32,000 bases of DNA, taken from contig NZ_BCZP01000007.1 in NCBI RefSeq assembly GCF_001598795.1, positions 1 to 32,000 on the forward strand, given 5' to 3'. This DNA comes from Delftia acidovorans NBRC 14950. Its GTDB lineage: Bacteria > Pseudomonadota > Gammaproteobacteria > Burkholderiales > Burkholderiaceae_C. A model generated the notes under the pieces. The model was not told the DNA's origin. It did not search any database and worked only from the letters and a program-made list of their open reading frames with translations. Numbering within the stretch: the stretch's first letter is position 1; each line of letters begins with the position of its first letter. The position numbers were made by a program, and so were the translations under genes. Of the stretch, positions 7,989 to 16,784 are shown piece by piece.

Positions 7989-9314
7989 ATGGACAATCCC
8001 GGGATGTCTGCTGCTGCTTCACACAACAATCCATCCCGCCCCGTGCTCATTGCCGGCGGCGGCATCGGTGGCATGGCCACTGCCCTCACGCTGCACCAGA
8101 TCGGCGTGCCCTGCATCGTGTTCGAGTCGGTGGCGCAGTTGCAGCCGCTGGGCGTGGGCATCAACCTGCAGCCGAACGCGGTGCGGGAACTGCATGACCT
8201 GGGCTTCGGCAACGATGTGCTGGACACCATCGGCCTGCAGGCGCGGGAATGGGCGCTGGTGGGCCGCAACGGCAACGAGGTGTATGCCGAGCCGCGCGGG
8301 CTGCAGGCGGGCTACCACTGGCCGCAGTACGCGGTGCACCGCGGGCAGTTGCAGATGATGCTGTTCAACGCCGTGCGGGAGCGCCTGGGCGAGGGTGCCG
8401 TGCAGCTGGGCCGGCGCGTGGTGGGCTACCGGCAGGATGCCGAGGGCGTGACCGCGCTCATCGACACCCGCGATGGCCAGCGGCTGGAGGTGCAGGGCTC
8501 GCTGCTGGTGGCGGCCGATGGCCTGCACTCGGCCGTGCGCGCGCAGATGCACCCCGCGCAGCCGCCCATCCAGTGGGGCGGCGCCATCATGTGGCGCGGC
8601 ACCACGCCGGGCGTGCCGGTGCGCACCGGTGCGTCCTTCGTGGGCGTGGGCTCGCTGCGCCATCGCGTGGTGCTGTACCCCATCACGCCGCCGGACCCCG
8701 TCACGGGCCTGGCCACCATCAACTGGATCGCCGAGATCACGGTGGACAACGACGGCGGCTGGCAGCAAGGCGACTGGAACCGGCGCGTGGCGCTGGAGGA
8801 ATTCATCCACCACTTCGACGGCTGGGACTACGGCTGGCTGGACGTGCCGGCCATGCTGCGCGGCGCCACGGATGTCTTCGAGTACCCCATGATCGACCGC
8901 GACCCCGTGCCCACCTGGGTGGACGGCCGCGTGGCCTTGCTGGGCGATGCGGCGCACGTAATGTACCCGGTGGGCTCCAACGGCGCCAGCCAGGCCATCG
9001 TGGACGCGCGCGTGCTGGGCGCGCAGCTGCTGGACCACGGCGTGGGTCCGCAGGCGCTGCGCGCCTATGACGACAGGCTGTGCAAGGACATCTCGGCCCT
9101 GGTGCTGCGCAACCGCGGGGCCGGCCCCTTCGGCCTGCTGGGACTGGTGGACGAGCGCTGCGGCGGCGTCTTCGACCATATCGACGAGGTGCTGCCGCGC
9201 GAGGAGCGCGAGGGCTTCATGGCCCGCTACAAGGCAGCGGCCGGCTATGCGATCGAGACGCTCAATGCCGCAGCCCCCACCATCGCGCCCGGTCGGCGCA
9301 TGGCCAGCACGTGA
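7989..9314 (+). CDS. FAD-dependent aromatic-ring monooxygenase/hydroxylase family protein
   Basis: The VLIAGGGIGGMATAL dinucleotide fold is near the N-terminus, and LLGDAAHVMYPVGSNGASQAIVDA is the FAD/substrate motif. The start is uncertain (7989 or 8004). Substrate unknown. Confidence 0.85.
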   Translation: MDNPGMSAAASHNNPSRPVLIAGGGIGGMATALTLHQIGVPCIVFESVAQLQPLGVGINLQPNAVRELHDLGFGNDVLDTIGLQAREWALVGRNGNEVYAEPRGLQAGYHWPQYAVHRGQLQMMLFNAVRERLGEGAVQLGRRVVGYRQDAEGVTALIDTRDGQRLEVQGSLLVAADGLHSAVRAQMHPAQPPIQWGGAIMWRGTTPGVPVRTGASFVGVGSLRHRVVLYPITPPDPVTGLATINWIAEITVDNDGGWQQGDWNRRVALEEFIHHFDGWDYGWLDVPAMLRGATDVFEYPMIDRDPVPTWVDGRVALLGDAAHVMYPVGSNGASQAIVDARVLGAQLLDHGVGPQALRAYDDRLCKDISALVLRNRGAGPFGLLGLVDERCGGVFDHIDEVLPREEREGFMARYKAAAGYAIETLNAAAPTIAPGRRMAST

Positions 9315-9445
9315 CCGGCGCGTGACCGGCGCATGACCAGGGACTGAGCCCTTGTGCGGCAGCAAGGGCCGCGAGTCGCCATAATCGGCCCTTGCCCCTG
9401 GCAGCCATCCCCAGATTTACATCACAGACCAAGCAGGAAGACCAC

Positions 9446-10348
9446 ATGCCCATCAAATCCATTCTGAAATCCACCGTGGTGACGCTGGCGATCGTGGGCA
9501 GTGGATCGCTTTTTGCGCAGGGCGCGCCCCTGAACACAGCGGCGTTTGACGCCCTGGTGGCGCAAGGCCCCGTCGCCGACGCCGCGACCATTGCATCGAG
9601 CACCTGGGCCAGCAAGATCAAGCAGACCGGCACGCTGCGCCTGGGCAGCACCCAGACCTCCAATCTGTTCTCCCTGCTCAACGAGAAGGACGGCAAGATC
9701 CGCGGCTTCGACGCAGGCCTGGCCCAGCTGCTCACGCGCTACATCCTGGGCGATGCGTCCAAGTACCAGTTCGCACAGGTGACCTCGTCCACGCGCGAGC
9801 AGGTGCTCATCAACAACCAGGCGGACATGGTGATCGCCACCTACTCCATCACCCCCGCACGCGCCGAGAAGATCTCGTTTGCCGGCCCCTACTACACCTC
9901 GCAGGCCGGAGTGCTGGTCAAGGCAAGCAACAAGACCGTGCAGTCGTACAGCGATCTGGCAGGCAAGAAGGTGGCCACGCAGGCCGGCTCCACGGGCCCC
10001 GCCATCCTGGCGCAGCACGCGCCCAAGGCGGTCGTGCAGGAGTTCCAGACCCACCAGGAAGCGCTGGACTCCCTGCGCCAGGGCCGTGTGGACGCCTATG
10101 TGACCGACTACACCCTGCTGCTCAACACCCTGAGCCTGGGCACCGGCGACGCGCGGCTGGCGGGCGCGCCCTTTGGCGCCCAGGATTCCTACGGCATCGG
10201 CCTGCCCAAGGGCTCGGACGGCGTGGCCTTCATCAACGCCTTCCTGAAGAAAATCGAAGCCGATGGCACCTGGGCCAAGCTGTGGACCGTCTCCATCGGA
10301 CAGCGCACCGGCAGCACGGCCGTTCCCACGCCGCCCGCCCTGCCCTGA
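9446..10348 (+). CDS. Amino-acid ABC transporter substrate-binding protein (family 3; glutamate/polar amino acid type)
   Basis: ATG at 9446 with AGGAAG 6 nt upstream. Signal peptide MPIKSILKSTVVTLAIVGSGSLFAQG. ATYSITPARAEKISFAGPYY is typical of PBP family 3. Confidence 0.85.
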   Translation: MPIKSILKSTVVTLAIVGSGSLFAQGAPLNTAAFDALVAQGPVADAATIASSTWASKIKQTGTLRLGSTQTSNLFSLLNEKDGKIRGFDAGLAQLLTRYILGDASKYQFAQVTSSTREQVLINNQADMVIATYSITPARAEKISFAGPYYTSQAGVLVKASNKTVQSYSDLAGKKVATQAGSTGPAILAQHAPKAVVQEFQTHQEALDSLRQGRVDAYVTDYTLLLNTLSLGTGDARLAGAPFGAQDSYGIGLPKGSDGVAFINAFLKKIEADGTWAKLWTVSIGQRTGSTAVPTPPALP

Positions 10349-10351
10349 ACG

Positions 10352-11014
10352 ATGGGTGACATCTCCCGGCTCCTCGCCGACCACGGGCCTGCCTTCTGGC
10401 AGGCCCTCTTGCTGACCTGGAAGCTCACCGCCTTCTCGTTCCTGCCCGGCTTCCTGCTGGGCGTGGTCGTCACGGTGCTCAGGCTTCTTCCGCTGCCGCC
10501 GCTGCGCTTCGTGCTGACCGCCTACGTCGAGATCTTCCGCAACATTCCCAGCGTGGCGCTGCTGATCTTCATCGTGTTCGCGCTGCCCGATCTCAATGTC
10601 GTGATCGACTATGAGCCCAGCGTGATCCTGGCCCTGACCCTGGTCTGCTCCGCGTTCACGGCCGACTATCTGCGCGCGGGCATCAACACCATTGCCGGCA
10701 GCCAGATCGAGGCCGCGCTCAGCCTGGGCATGCGGCCCATGCAGATCATCTCGGCCGTGGTGCTGCCGCAGGCGCTGCGCTCGGTGGTGCAGCCGATGAC
10801 GTCGCTGCTCATTGCGCTGATGCTGTCTACCTCGCTGGCGTCCCAGGTGCCGCTTGCGGGCCGGGAGCTCACGGCGCTCGTGTCCAAGATCGCCAACGAC
10901 TCCGCCGCCGGCATGGCAGCGTTCGCGGTGGCTGCTGCTTTGTACGTGGCCACCGGATTGCTCATTGCCTGGGTGGGCGCCATCCTGGAAAAGAAGCTGC
11001 GGATACTGCGATGA
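10352..11014 (+). CDS. Amino-acid ABC transporter permease (His/Glu/Gln/Arg/opine family)
   Basis: Multi-TM protein with EAA loop IEAALSLGMRPMQIISAVVLPQALRSVV. It starts 4 nt after the SBP stop. Confidence 0.88.
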   Translation: MGDISRLLADHGPAFWQALLLTWKLTAFSFLPGFLLGVVVTVLRLLPLPPLRFVLTAYVEIFRNIPSVALLIFIVFALPDLNVVIDYEPSVILALTLVCSAFTADYLRAGINTIAGSQIEAALSLGMRPMQIISAVVLPQALRSVVQPMTSLLIALMLSTSLASQVPLAGRELTALVSKIANDSAAGMAAFAVAAALYVATGLLIAWVGAILEKKLRILR

Positions 11015-11811
11015 GCCGTTCTCTGGAAGACATTCTGTTTGGCGCGCCCAGCCCGCAGGCCAGGAAGATCACGCAGGTGGTCAGCCTGATCGCCGCGGCC
11101 GGGCTGATTGCGCTGGCTGCGGGCGTCGTGTGGCGTTTTCATTCCGCAGGCCAGCTCGAGGCCCGGTTCTGGGAATTCTTCGCCTGGCCCACCACCTGGG
11201 CCTTTCTGGCCAAGGGCCTGCTCGGCACGCTGGCATCCTCGGCCATGGCCGCCGTCATTGCGCTGAGCCTTGGGCTGGTGCTGCTGGCGGGGCGCCTGGC
11301 GCGGCCCCGCATCGTGCGCTGGCCCAGCATCGCCGTCATCGAATTCCTGCGCGGCACGCCCACGCTGCTGCTCATCTACGTGTGCTTTCTGGTGCTTCCC
11401 GCAGCCGGCATCAAGCTCGGCACGTACTGGATGCTGACCCTGCCCATAGGCCTGAGCACTGCCGCCGTGGTGGCCGAGGTCTATCGCGCAGGCGTGCTGG
11501 CCGTCCCTCGCGGCCAGACCGATGCCGCGCGAAGCCTGGGGCTGACCGAGGTCCAGGTCTTCCGGTTCGTCGTCTTCCCGCAGGCCCTGCGCTACATCGT
11601 CCCGGCCCTGGTCGCGCAGCTGGTCATCGTGGTCAAGGACACCACCTTCGGCTACATCGTCACCTATGGCGAGCTCATGCAGAACGCCAAGGTGCTCATC
11701 GCCAACTACCACGCGCTGGTGCCCGTGTACCTGGTGGTGGCGGTGCTGTACTGCCTGGTGAACTACGCGATATCGAGGGCGAGCAGGCAGCTGAGCCGGC
11801 CGGTGCACTGA
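11011..11811 (+). CDS. Amino-acid ABC transporter permease (second subunit)
   Basis: ATGA start/stop overlap with the preceding permease. EAA loop TDAARSLGLTEVQVFRFVVFPQALRYIVP. Confidence 0.88.
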   Translation: MSRSLEDILFGAPSPQARKITQVVSLIAAAGLIALAAGVVWRFHSAGQLEARFWEFFAWPTTWAFLAKGLLGTLASSAMAAVIALSLGLVLLAGRLARPRIVRWPSIAVIEFLRGTPTLLLIYVCFLVLPAAGIKLGTYWMLTLPIGLSTAAVVAEVYRAGVLAVPRGQTDAARSLGLTEVQVFRFVVFPQALRYIVPALVAQLVIVVKDTTFGYIVTYGELMQNAKVLIANYHALVPVYLVVAVLYCLVNYAISRASRQLSRPVH

Positions 11812-11817
11812 GCCTCG

Positions 11818-13275
11818 TCACGAACGGCTTGTCGCGAGAGCACGGCTTGCAACTGCCATTGCCATGGCCAGGGCAACGACGATCAGAACGGCCGTGACTG
11901 CGAACGTGATCCGCATCGCGTTGGCAATGGCCTCGGGATGCGCCGTTGCGATGTCGGGCGACTTCGAAGCGAGCGCGAAAACGGTCCCCATCATGGATGC
12001 CCCGGTGATGAGCCCGAGGTTGCGTGACAAGCTGAGCATGCCCGAGATGACGCCGCGCTGGTCTGGATGGACATTCGCCATGACGGCGGTGTTGTTGGCC
12101 GCCTGGAAGAGCTGATATCCAGGGGTCAGGACGACGATGGCAGCAACGTATCCCGCCACGCCGAACATCGCCGCAAGCACGGACAGTGCAAATGCACCCG
12201 CCGCCATGGCGATGAGCCCGACGATGGCCATGGATGGCGCGCCCCAACAATCGACGGCACGGCCAGAGGGGACACCGCTCAATATGGCGATCAACGGGCC
12301 CACCGCCATCACGATGCCAACAATGGCTTCGTTGAGCCCGAGCGCACGGGCGAGGTAGAACGGCCCCACCACCAGCGTCGACATCATCACCGTCGAGACG
12401 AGCGCATTCATGGCAAGGCTTGCGCTGAAGCCTGGATCACGGAACATCGCCAATCGAATCAAGGGCGATGCGGCTTTCGCCTCGGCAAGCACGAAGAGCA
12501 CGGCACCCAAGGCAGTGGTCAACACAAGAGCCCCGTTGAGCGGACCGAAACTTCCGCGCCCCAGCGTCATGGCCAGTGCGTACGCCACAAGCGTCACAGC
12601 CAGCAGCAAGGTGCCCAGATTGTCGAAGCGGGCCCGCCCCGTCTTCTCCCCCCGGCAATCGGCGGGCAGGTAACGGTGCGCGAGAACCCATGCCACGATA
12701 CCCAGCGGTACGTTGATGAGAAAGATCGCCTGCCAACCGAGTCCGGCGATCAGAACGCCGCCCAGCGATGGACCGAGAGCGGTGCCCATTGCGGACATCG
12801 TTCCGAGCAGTCCCATGGCGCTGCCGGTCCTTTCCTTCGGCACCGCCCCAGCGACAAACGCCATGGTGAGGGCCATCATGATGGCCGCGCCAAGACCCTG
12901 CACCGCCCGGGCGGCAATCAGCAGCCGGAGCGTGGGCGCCAGGCCGCAAAGGACCGAGGCCAGCGTGAACAGGAAGATGCCGACCAGCAGCAGCCGTCGG
13001 CGGCCCATGACGTCACCGAGCCGTCCGACGCTGACGATCAGGGCGGTGATGGCCAGCAGATAGGCAAGGACGACCCACTGGACCTGCTGGAAAGAGGCGC
13101 CGAACGCCTGAGCCAAGGTCGGCAACCCCACATTGGCGATGCTGGTGCCCAGCGATGACAGCAACATGGATAGCGAAAGGCTGGCAAGCACCCACCGAAT
13201 CGAAGGCGTCCGCGCTGCACTGTCAGCGGCTATCCCATCTCTTGCTGTCGTGACTGATTCTGGTGTGATTTTCAT
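11818..13275 (-). CDS. MFS transporter, DHA2 (EmrB/QacA-like, 14-TMS) drug/H+ antiporter family
   Basis: 485 aa. Motif A-like GRLGDVMGRRRLLLVG. AVQGLGAAIMMA and GPSLGGVLI are typical of DHA2. Confidence 0.85.
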   Translation of the reverse strand: MKITPESVTTARDGIAADSAARTPSIRWVLASLSLSMLLSSLGTSIANVGLPTLAQAFGASFQQVQWVVLAYLLAITALIVSVGRLGDVMGRRRLLLVGIFLFTLASVLCGLAPTLRLLIAARAVQGLGAAIMMALTMAFVAGAVPKERTGSAMGLLGTMSAMGTALGPSLGGVLIAGLGWQAIFLINVPLGIVAWVLAHRYLPADCRGEKTGRARFDNLGTLLLAVTLVAYALAMTLGRGSFGPLNGALVLTTALGAVLFVLAEAKAASPLIRLAMFRDPGFSASLAMNALVSTVMMSTLVVGPFYLARALGLNEAIVGIVMAVGPLIAILSGVPSGRAVDCWGAPSMAIVGLIAMAAGAFALSVLAAMFGVAGYVAAIVVLTPGYQLFQAANNTAVMANVHPDQRGVISGMLSLSRNLGLITGASMMGTVFALASKSPDIATAHPEAIANAMRITFAVTAVLIVVALAMAMAVASRALATSRS

Positions 13276-13403
13276 CGTTGGCGACTCCCGAAATTGAGCT
13301 ATCGGAAGCGTAGTTCCCTGCCCGGCATGGCGGAAGGCGCACCACTTTCACTTTATTCATGCGTCTGGCGCCATGTCACCACACGCCGTGCTACGGTCAA
13401 TCC

Positions 13404-14342
13404 ATGTCAAGACCCGATCTCAACCTGCTTGTCACCCTGGATGTGCTGCTTGCGGAAGGCAACGTGGCGCGCGCCGCCCAACGGTTGCGGCTGAGCCCGT
13501 CAGCGATGAGCCGGGCGTTGGCGCGTTTGCGGGAGACGACGGGCGATCCACTGCTGGTCCGGGCCGGGCGCGGCCTCGTTCCCACACCTCGGGCGCTCGA
13601 ACTCCGCGAGCGGGTCAGCCAGCTCGTGCAGGACACGGAAGCGGTTTTGCGCCCTGCCGAGCAGCCCAACCTCCAGCAGCTGGTCCGAACGTTCACACTG
13701 CGGACCAGCGAAGGCTTTGTGGAGAATTTCGGACCGGACCTGATTGCCCGCGTCGGCGAGCAAGCGCCTGGCGTTCGCCTTTGCTTTGTGCAGAAGTCAA
13801 ACAAAGGGAGCGGCCCGCTTCGCGACGGCACGGTCGATCTGGAGACCGGCGTTGTCGGGAGCACGATAGGTCCGGAGGTGCGTGCGCAGGCGTTGTTCCG
13901 AGACCGTTTCATTGGCGTCGTGCGAATGGGGCACCCGCTGAGCCAGGGCGAGATCACGCCCTCGCGCTATGCGGCCGGCAGGCATATCCTGGTGTCCCGG
14001 CGAGGGCAGGACAAGGGGCCCATCGATGAAGCCTTGAGTTCTCTCGACCTGCAACGGCAGATCGTTGCGATCGTTGGCGGCTTTTCAGCGGCGCTGGCCT
14101 TGGCCCGGGCCTCCGACCTGATCGCCAGTGTTCCCGAACGGCACACGGGGAACCTGCGTGCCGGAATGCACAGCTTCCCCCTCCCCGTCCCTGTGCCGGA
14201 GATTACGGTCTCACTCCTGTGGCACCCGAGGCTGCATGCCGATCCGGCGCACCGGTGGCTGCGCGGGTGCGTACGGGAGATCTGCTCGGAACAGCACAGC
14301 GATTCCTGGTCATGCGAAAAAGCGGCCGAAAGCCCGGCGTGA
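13404..14342 (+). CDS. LysR-family transcriptional regulator (divergent from the DHA2 MFS gene)
   Basis: MSRPDLNLLVTLDVLLAEGNVARAAQRLRLSPSAMSRALARLRE is the HTH. ATG at 13404. Confidence 0.88.
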   Translation: MSRPDLNLLVTLDVLLAEGNVARAAQRLRLSPSAMSRALARLRETTGDPLLVRAGRGLVPTPRALELRERVSQLVQDTEAVLRPAEQPNLQQLVRTFTLRTSEGFVENFGPDLIARVGEQAPGVRLCFVQKSNKGSGPLRDGTVDLETGVVGSTIGPEVRAQALFRDRFIGVVRMGHPLSQGEITPSRYAAGRHILVSRRGQDKGPIDEALSSLDLQRQIVAIVGGFSAALALARASDLIASVPERHTGNLRAGMHSFPLPVPVPEITVSLLWHPRLHADPAHRWLRGCVREICSEQHSDSWSCEKAAESPA

Positions 14343-14380
14343 GAGCCAGCGCGTGAAACCGATGGCTATCCGAAGTGCGG

Positions 14381-14409
14381 CAGCGTGACTACAGCGTGGC
14401 CACAGCGTG
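14381..14409 (+). repeat. Three direct CAGCGTG repeats with exact 11-bp phasing, upstream of the CbiM-like gene
   Basis: CAGCGTG occurs at 14381-14387, 14392-14398 and 14403-14409. A related AGCGCGTGAAA lies at 14348-14358, versus CAGCGTGAAA at 14403-14412. Confidence 0.6.
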
Positions 14410-14517
14410 AAATGAACATGGCGCAGCACACCGTCCCCGGCTATGCTCGGTGCCTTTGCCGTTGCGCAGTCGGTGCCCGCCGGCTCTCCAACGGACCTTG
14501 CCTGTTCAGGACCTCCC

Positions 14518-15201
14518 ATGCACATCGAACCCGGCGTCGTCAGCCCCGAGAAAATCGCCCTCAGTTACGTCACTGCCGCAGCGGCCTTCGGCCTGACCGC
14601 CGCCCTGGCACGGCAAAGCCTGCGCGACAACGGCGGCGCGCTCGCGCTGCTGGTGCGCAGTGTGATCACCACCGCGCTGGTGTTCAGCTTCTTCGAGGTG
14701 TTTCCGCATGAGCCGGTCGGCGTATCCGAGGTCCATCTGATTCTGGGCTCGACCTTGCTGCTGATGTTCGGCGCGGGTGCTGCGGCCATTGGCCTGGCGT
14801 GCGGCCTGCTGGTCCAGGGCCTGTTCTTTGCACCCTTCGACCTGCCGCAGTACGGCATGAACGTCACCACCTTGCTGGTGCCGCTGTATGCGGTGAGCCA
14901 GCTGGCGCGCCGGCTGATTCCGGCCGGCACGGCCTATGTGGACATCAGCTACCGGCAGGCCCTGGCCCTGTCCACCACCTACCAGGGCGGCATCGTGCTG
15001 TGGGTCGCCTTCTGGGCAATCTACGGCCATGGCGCCAGCCTGGCCACCATGACCGAAGTCGCAAGCTTTGGTGCCGCCTACATGTGCGTGGTGCTGGTGG
15101 AGCCCCTGGTGGACCTGGCCGTGCTGTGGCTGGCCAAGCGTCTGGCCGCCTTCACGCAAGGGCCGCTTTTCAATACCCGCCTGCACGCAGCGGCGATCTG
15201 A
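14518..15201 (+). CDS. CbiM/NikM-family (ECF-type metal transporter substrate component-like) membrane protein, solitary
   Basis: It starts MHIEPGVV. The family uses the free N-terminal Met-His for metal binding, which supports ATG 14518 over the track start. GVSEVHLILGST...LVQGLFFAPFDLPQYGMNVTT is the family core. No cbiN/Q/O nearby. Confidence 0.7.
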   Translation: MHIEPGVVSPEKIALSYVTAAAAFGLTAALARQSLRDNGGALALLVRSVITTALVFSFFEVFPHEPVGVSEVHLILGSTLLLMFGAGAAAIGLACGLLVQGLFFAPFDLPQYGMNVTTLLVPLYAVSQLARRLIPAGTAYVDISYRQALALSTTYQGGIVLWVAFWAIYGHGASLATMTEVASFGAAYMCVVLVEPLVDLAVLWLAKRLAAFTQGPLFNTRLHAAAI

Positions 15202-15531
15202 CAGCCGGCTTCCCGGTCACCGCACCCTTGGTGCTCCGCTGTGGCGGGCTGCTCAAGACTCCAGCCGCATCCGTGCTGACCAGCGCCACGGCGGCTGCAT
15301 CACGGAAATCAGGCCGAAAATCAGGCAACGGGCTCCCGTTCACGGGCCGCCCGATCCGTGACTTCCACCCAACGGACTGCCGCGCAGCAAGGGCCTGAAG
15401 GCCCGCATCCTGCGACAATTCGGCCCGCGCGCTCCGCTCCATTTCAATGCGACGGCCCCGACCTGCGCCGCATTGCTCCTTGCCTGGCAGCTATTGCACG
15501 GGGCCTGCCTGCGCCGATATCTTCATCGTCC

Positions 15532-16695
15532 ATGGTTCTCGATCCCTTCACCCTGCTCGTTCTCACCACGGCCATGGCCGCCGCCTCGGCGCTGTATCTG
15601 GCTGCGGAATGGGGCAGCGTGCGCGAACGCTCGCTGCTGCTGTGGAGCGGGGGGTTTGCCATCATCGCCGTGGGCTGTGTGCTGGCCCTGCTGCGCTCCA
15701 GCGGCCATGTGCTGCTGGGCATCTGGTTTCCCAACGGCTTGCTGATCTGCGCGCACTGGCTGTTCCTGGCCGGCGTTGCCGCGTTCACGCACACCCGGCT
15801 GCCGCGCCTGTGGTGGCTGGTGGCCGTCGTCTGGCTGGCAATGCTGTTCATGCCCAGCGGACCGTGGTGGTCCAGGGCAATGCTGGGCATCCAGTCGCTG
15901 CTGATCGCCGTCATCAGCCTGCGCGCCGGCCTGCTGCTGCGTCCGCACGGCGGCACGCTGGGCGTGGGCGCGGCGCAGCTGCGCTTCGTTCTGCTGGCCC
16001 ACGGCCTGTTCTATTTCGCCAAGGCCGCCTCGGCCGTGGCGCTGGACACCTTCATCAACCTGGCCAATTTCCACGGCACGGTGATCCTGGTCTCGCTGGT
16101 GGAAGGCGTGATGGCGATCATGCTGCTCGCCATGTCCATGACCGGCACGGAGCGCCATCGCCGCGAGGAACGCATCGCGCAGATCGCCGCCCGCGACCCG
16201 CTCACCGCCCTGGACAACCGCCGCGCGCTCTATCTGCGCGCACCCCAGCTGCTGGAGCAGGCCTCACCGGCCAGCCCCTGCGCCCTGCTGCTGATCGATA
16301 TCGACCACTTCAAGCAGGTCAACGACCTGCACGGCCACGATGCGGGCGACCGCCTGCTGCTGACCCTGAGCGACCTCATCCGCAGCGCGCTGCCGCGCGG
16401 CGCACTGGCCGCACGGCTGGGCGGGGACGAGTTCGTGATCGTGCTGCGCAGCGTCGACCACGCGGCAGCGCAGGCGCTGGGCCAGGACTTGCGCGAGGCC
16501 TTCGCGCAGCAGGCGCGCACCCTGTTCGAGACGCCGGAACCGGTGTCGCTGAGCATCGGTGCCACCTTGTTCGACCAGCCCGGGGTGGAGCTGTCCCACT
16601 GGCTCAAGCAGGCCGACGAAGCCCTCTACACGTCCAAGCGCAAGGGACGGGACCGGATGGAACTGGTCCCGCTTGCGCCCGGGCGACCGCACTGA
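15532..16695 (+). CDS. Membrane-anchored diguanylate cyclase (about 6-7 TM N-terminal domain plus GGDEF)
   Basis: The hydrophobic N-terminal half is followed by DPLTALDNRR, LLLIDIDHFKQVNDLHGHDAGD and RLGGDEF. There is no RxxD I-site 5 residues upstream of GGDEF. ATG at 15532. Confidence 0.88.
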   Translation: MVLDPFTLLVLTTAMAAASALYLAAEWGSVRERSLLLWSGGFAIIAVGCVLALLRSSGHVLLGIWFPNGLLICAHWLFLAGVAAFTHTRLPRLWWLVAVVWLAMLFMPSGPWWSRAMLGIQSLLIAVISLRAGLLLRPHGGTLGVGAAQLRFVLLAHGLFYFAKAASAVALDTFINLANFHGTVILVSLVEGVMAIMLLAMSMTGTERHRREERIAQIAARDPLTALDNRRALYLRAPQLLEQASPASPCALLLIDIDHFKQVNDLHGHDAGDRLLLTLSDLIRSALPRGALAARLGGDEFVIVLRSVDHAAAQALGQDLREAFAQQARTLFETPEPVSLSIGATLFDQPGVELSHWLKQADEALYTSKRKGRDRMELVPLAPGRPH

Positions 16696-16705
16696 GGGCG
16701 CCGAG

Positions 16706-16730
16706 GGTGCCCTGGCCCTGGACGGGCACC
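16706..16730. terminator. GC hairpin between the convergent GGDEF and GT9 genes (possible bidirectional terminator)
   Basis: GGTGCCC (16706-16712), 11-nt loop, GGGCACC (16724-16730). No U-tract. Confidence 0.25.
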
Positions 16731-16784
16731 TCGCCTGCAGCCTGCTGCCCACCTTGACCGGTGACGGGCCTGGCCCGGGATGCC

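Noticed and set aside
14343-14517. Possible cobalamin or NiCo riboswitch ahead of the CbiM-like gene
   Set aside because: It contains GTGAAA and GACCTTGCC fragments. It lacks the B12 box (AGxCxGGAGACCTGCC-type) and the conserved GGGAA/GCCACTG elements. I cannot support the call without a covariance-model scan.
15306-15326. 9-bp direct repeat AAATCAGGC (x2, 12-bp period) about 200 bp upstream of the GGDEF gene
   Set aside because: It is too short, has only two copies, and has no positional relationship to a recognisable promoter.
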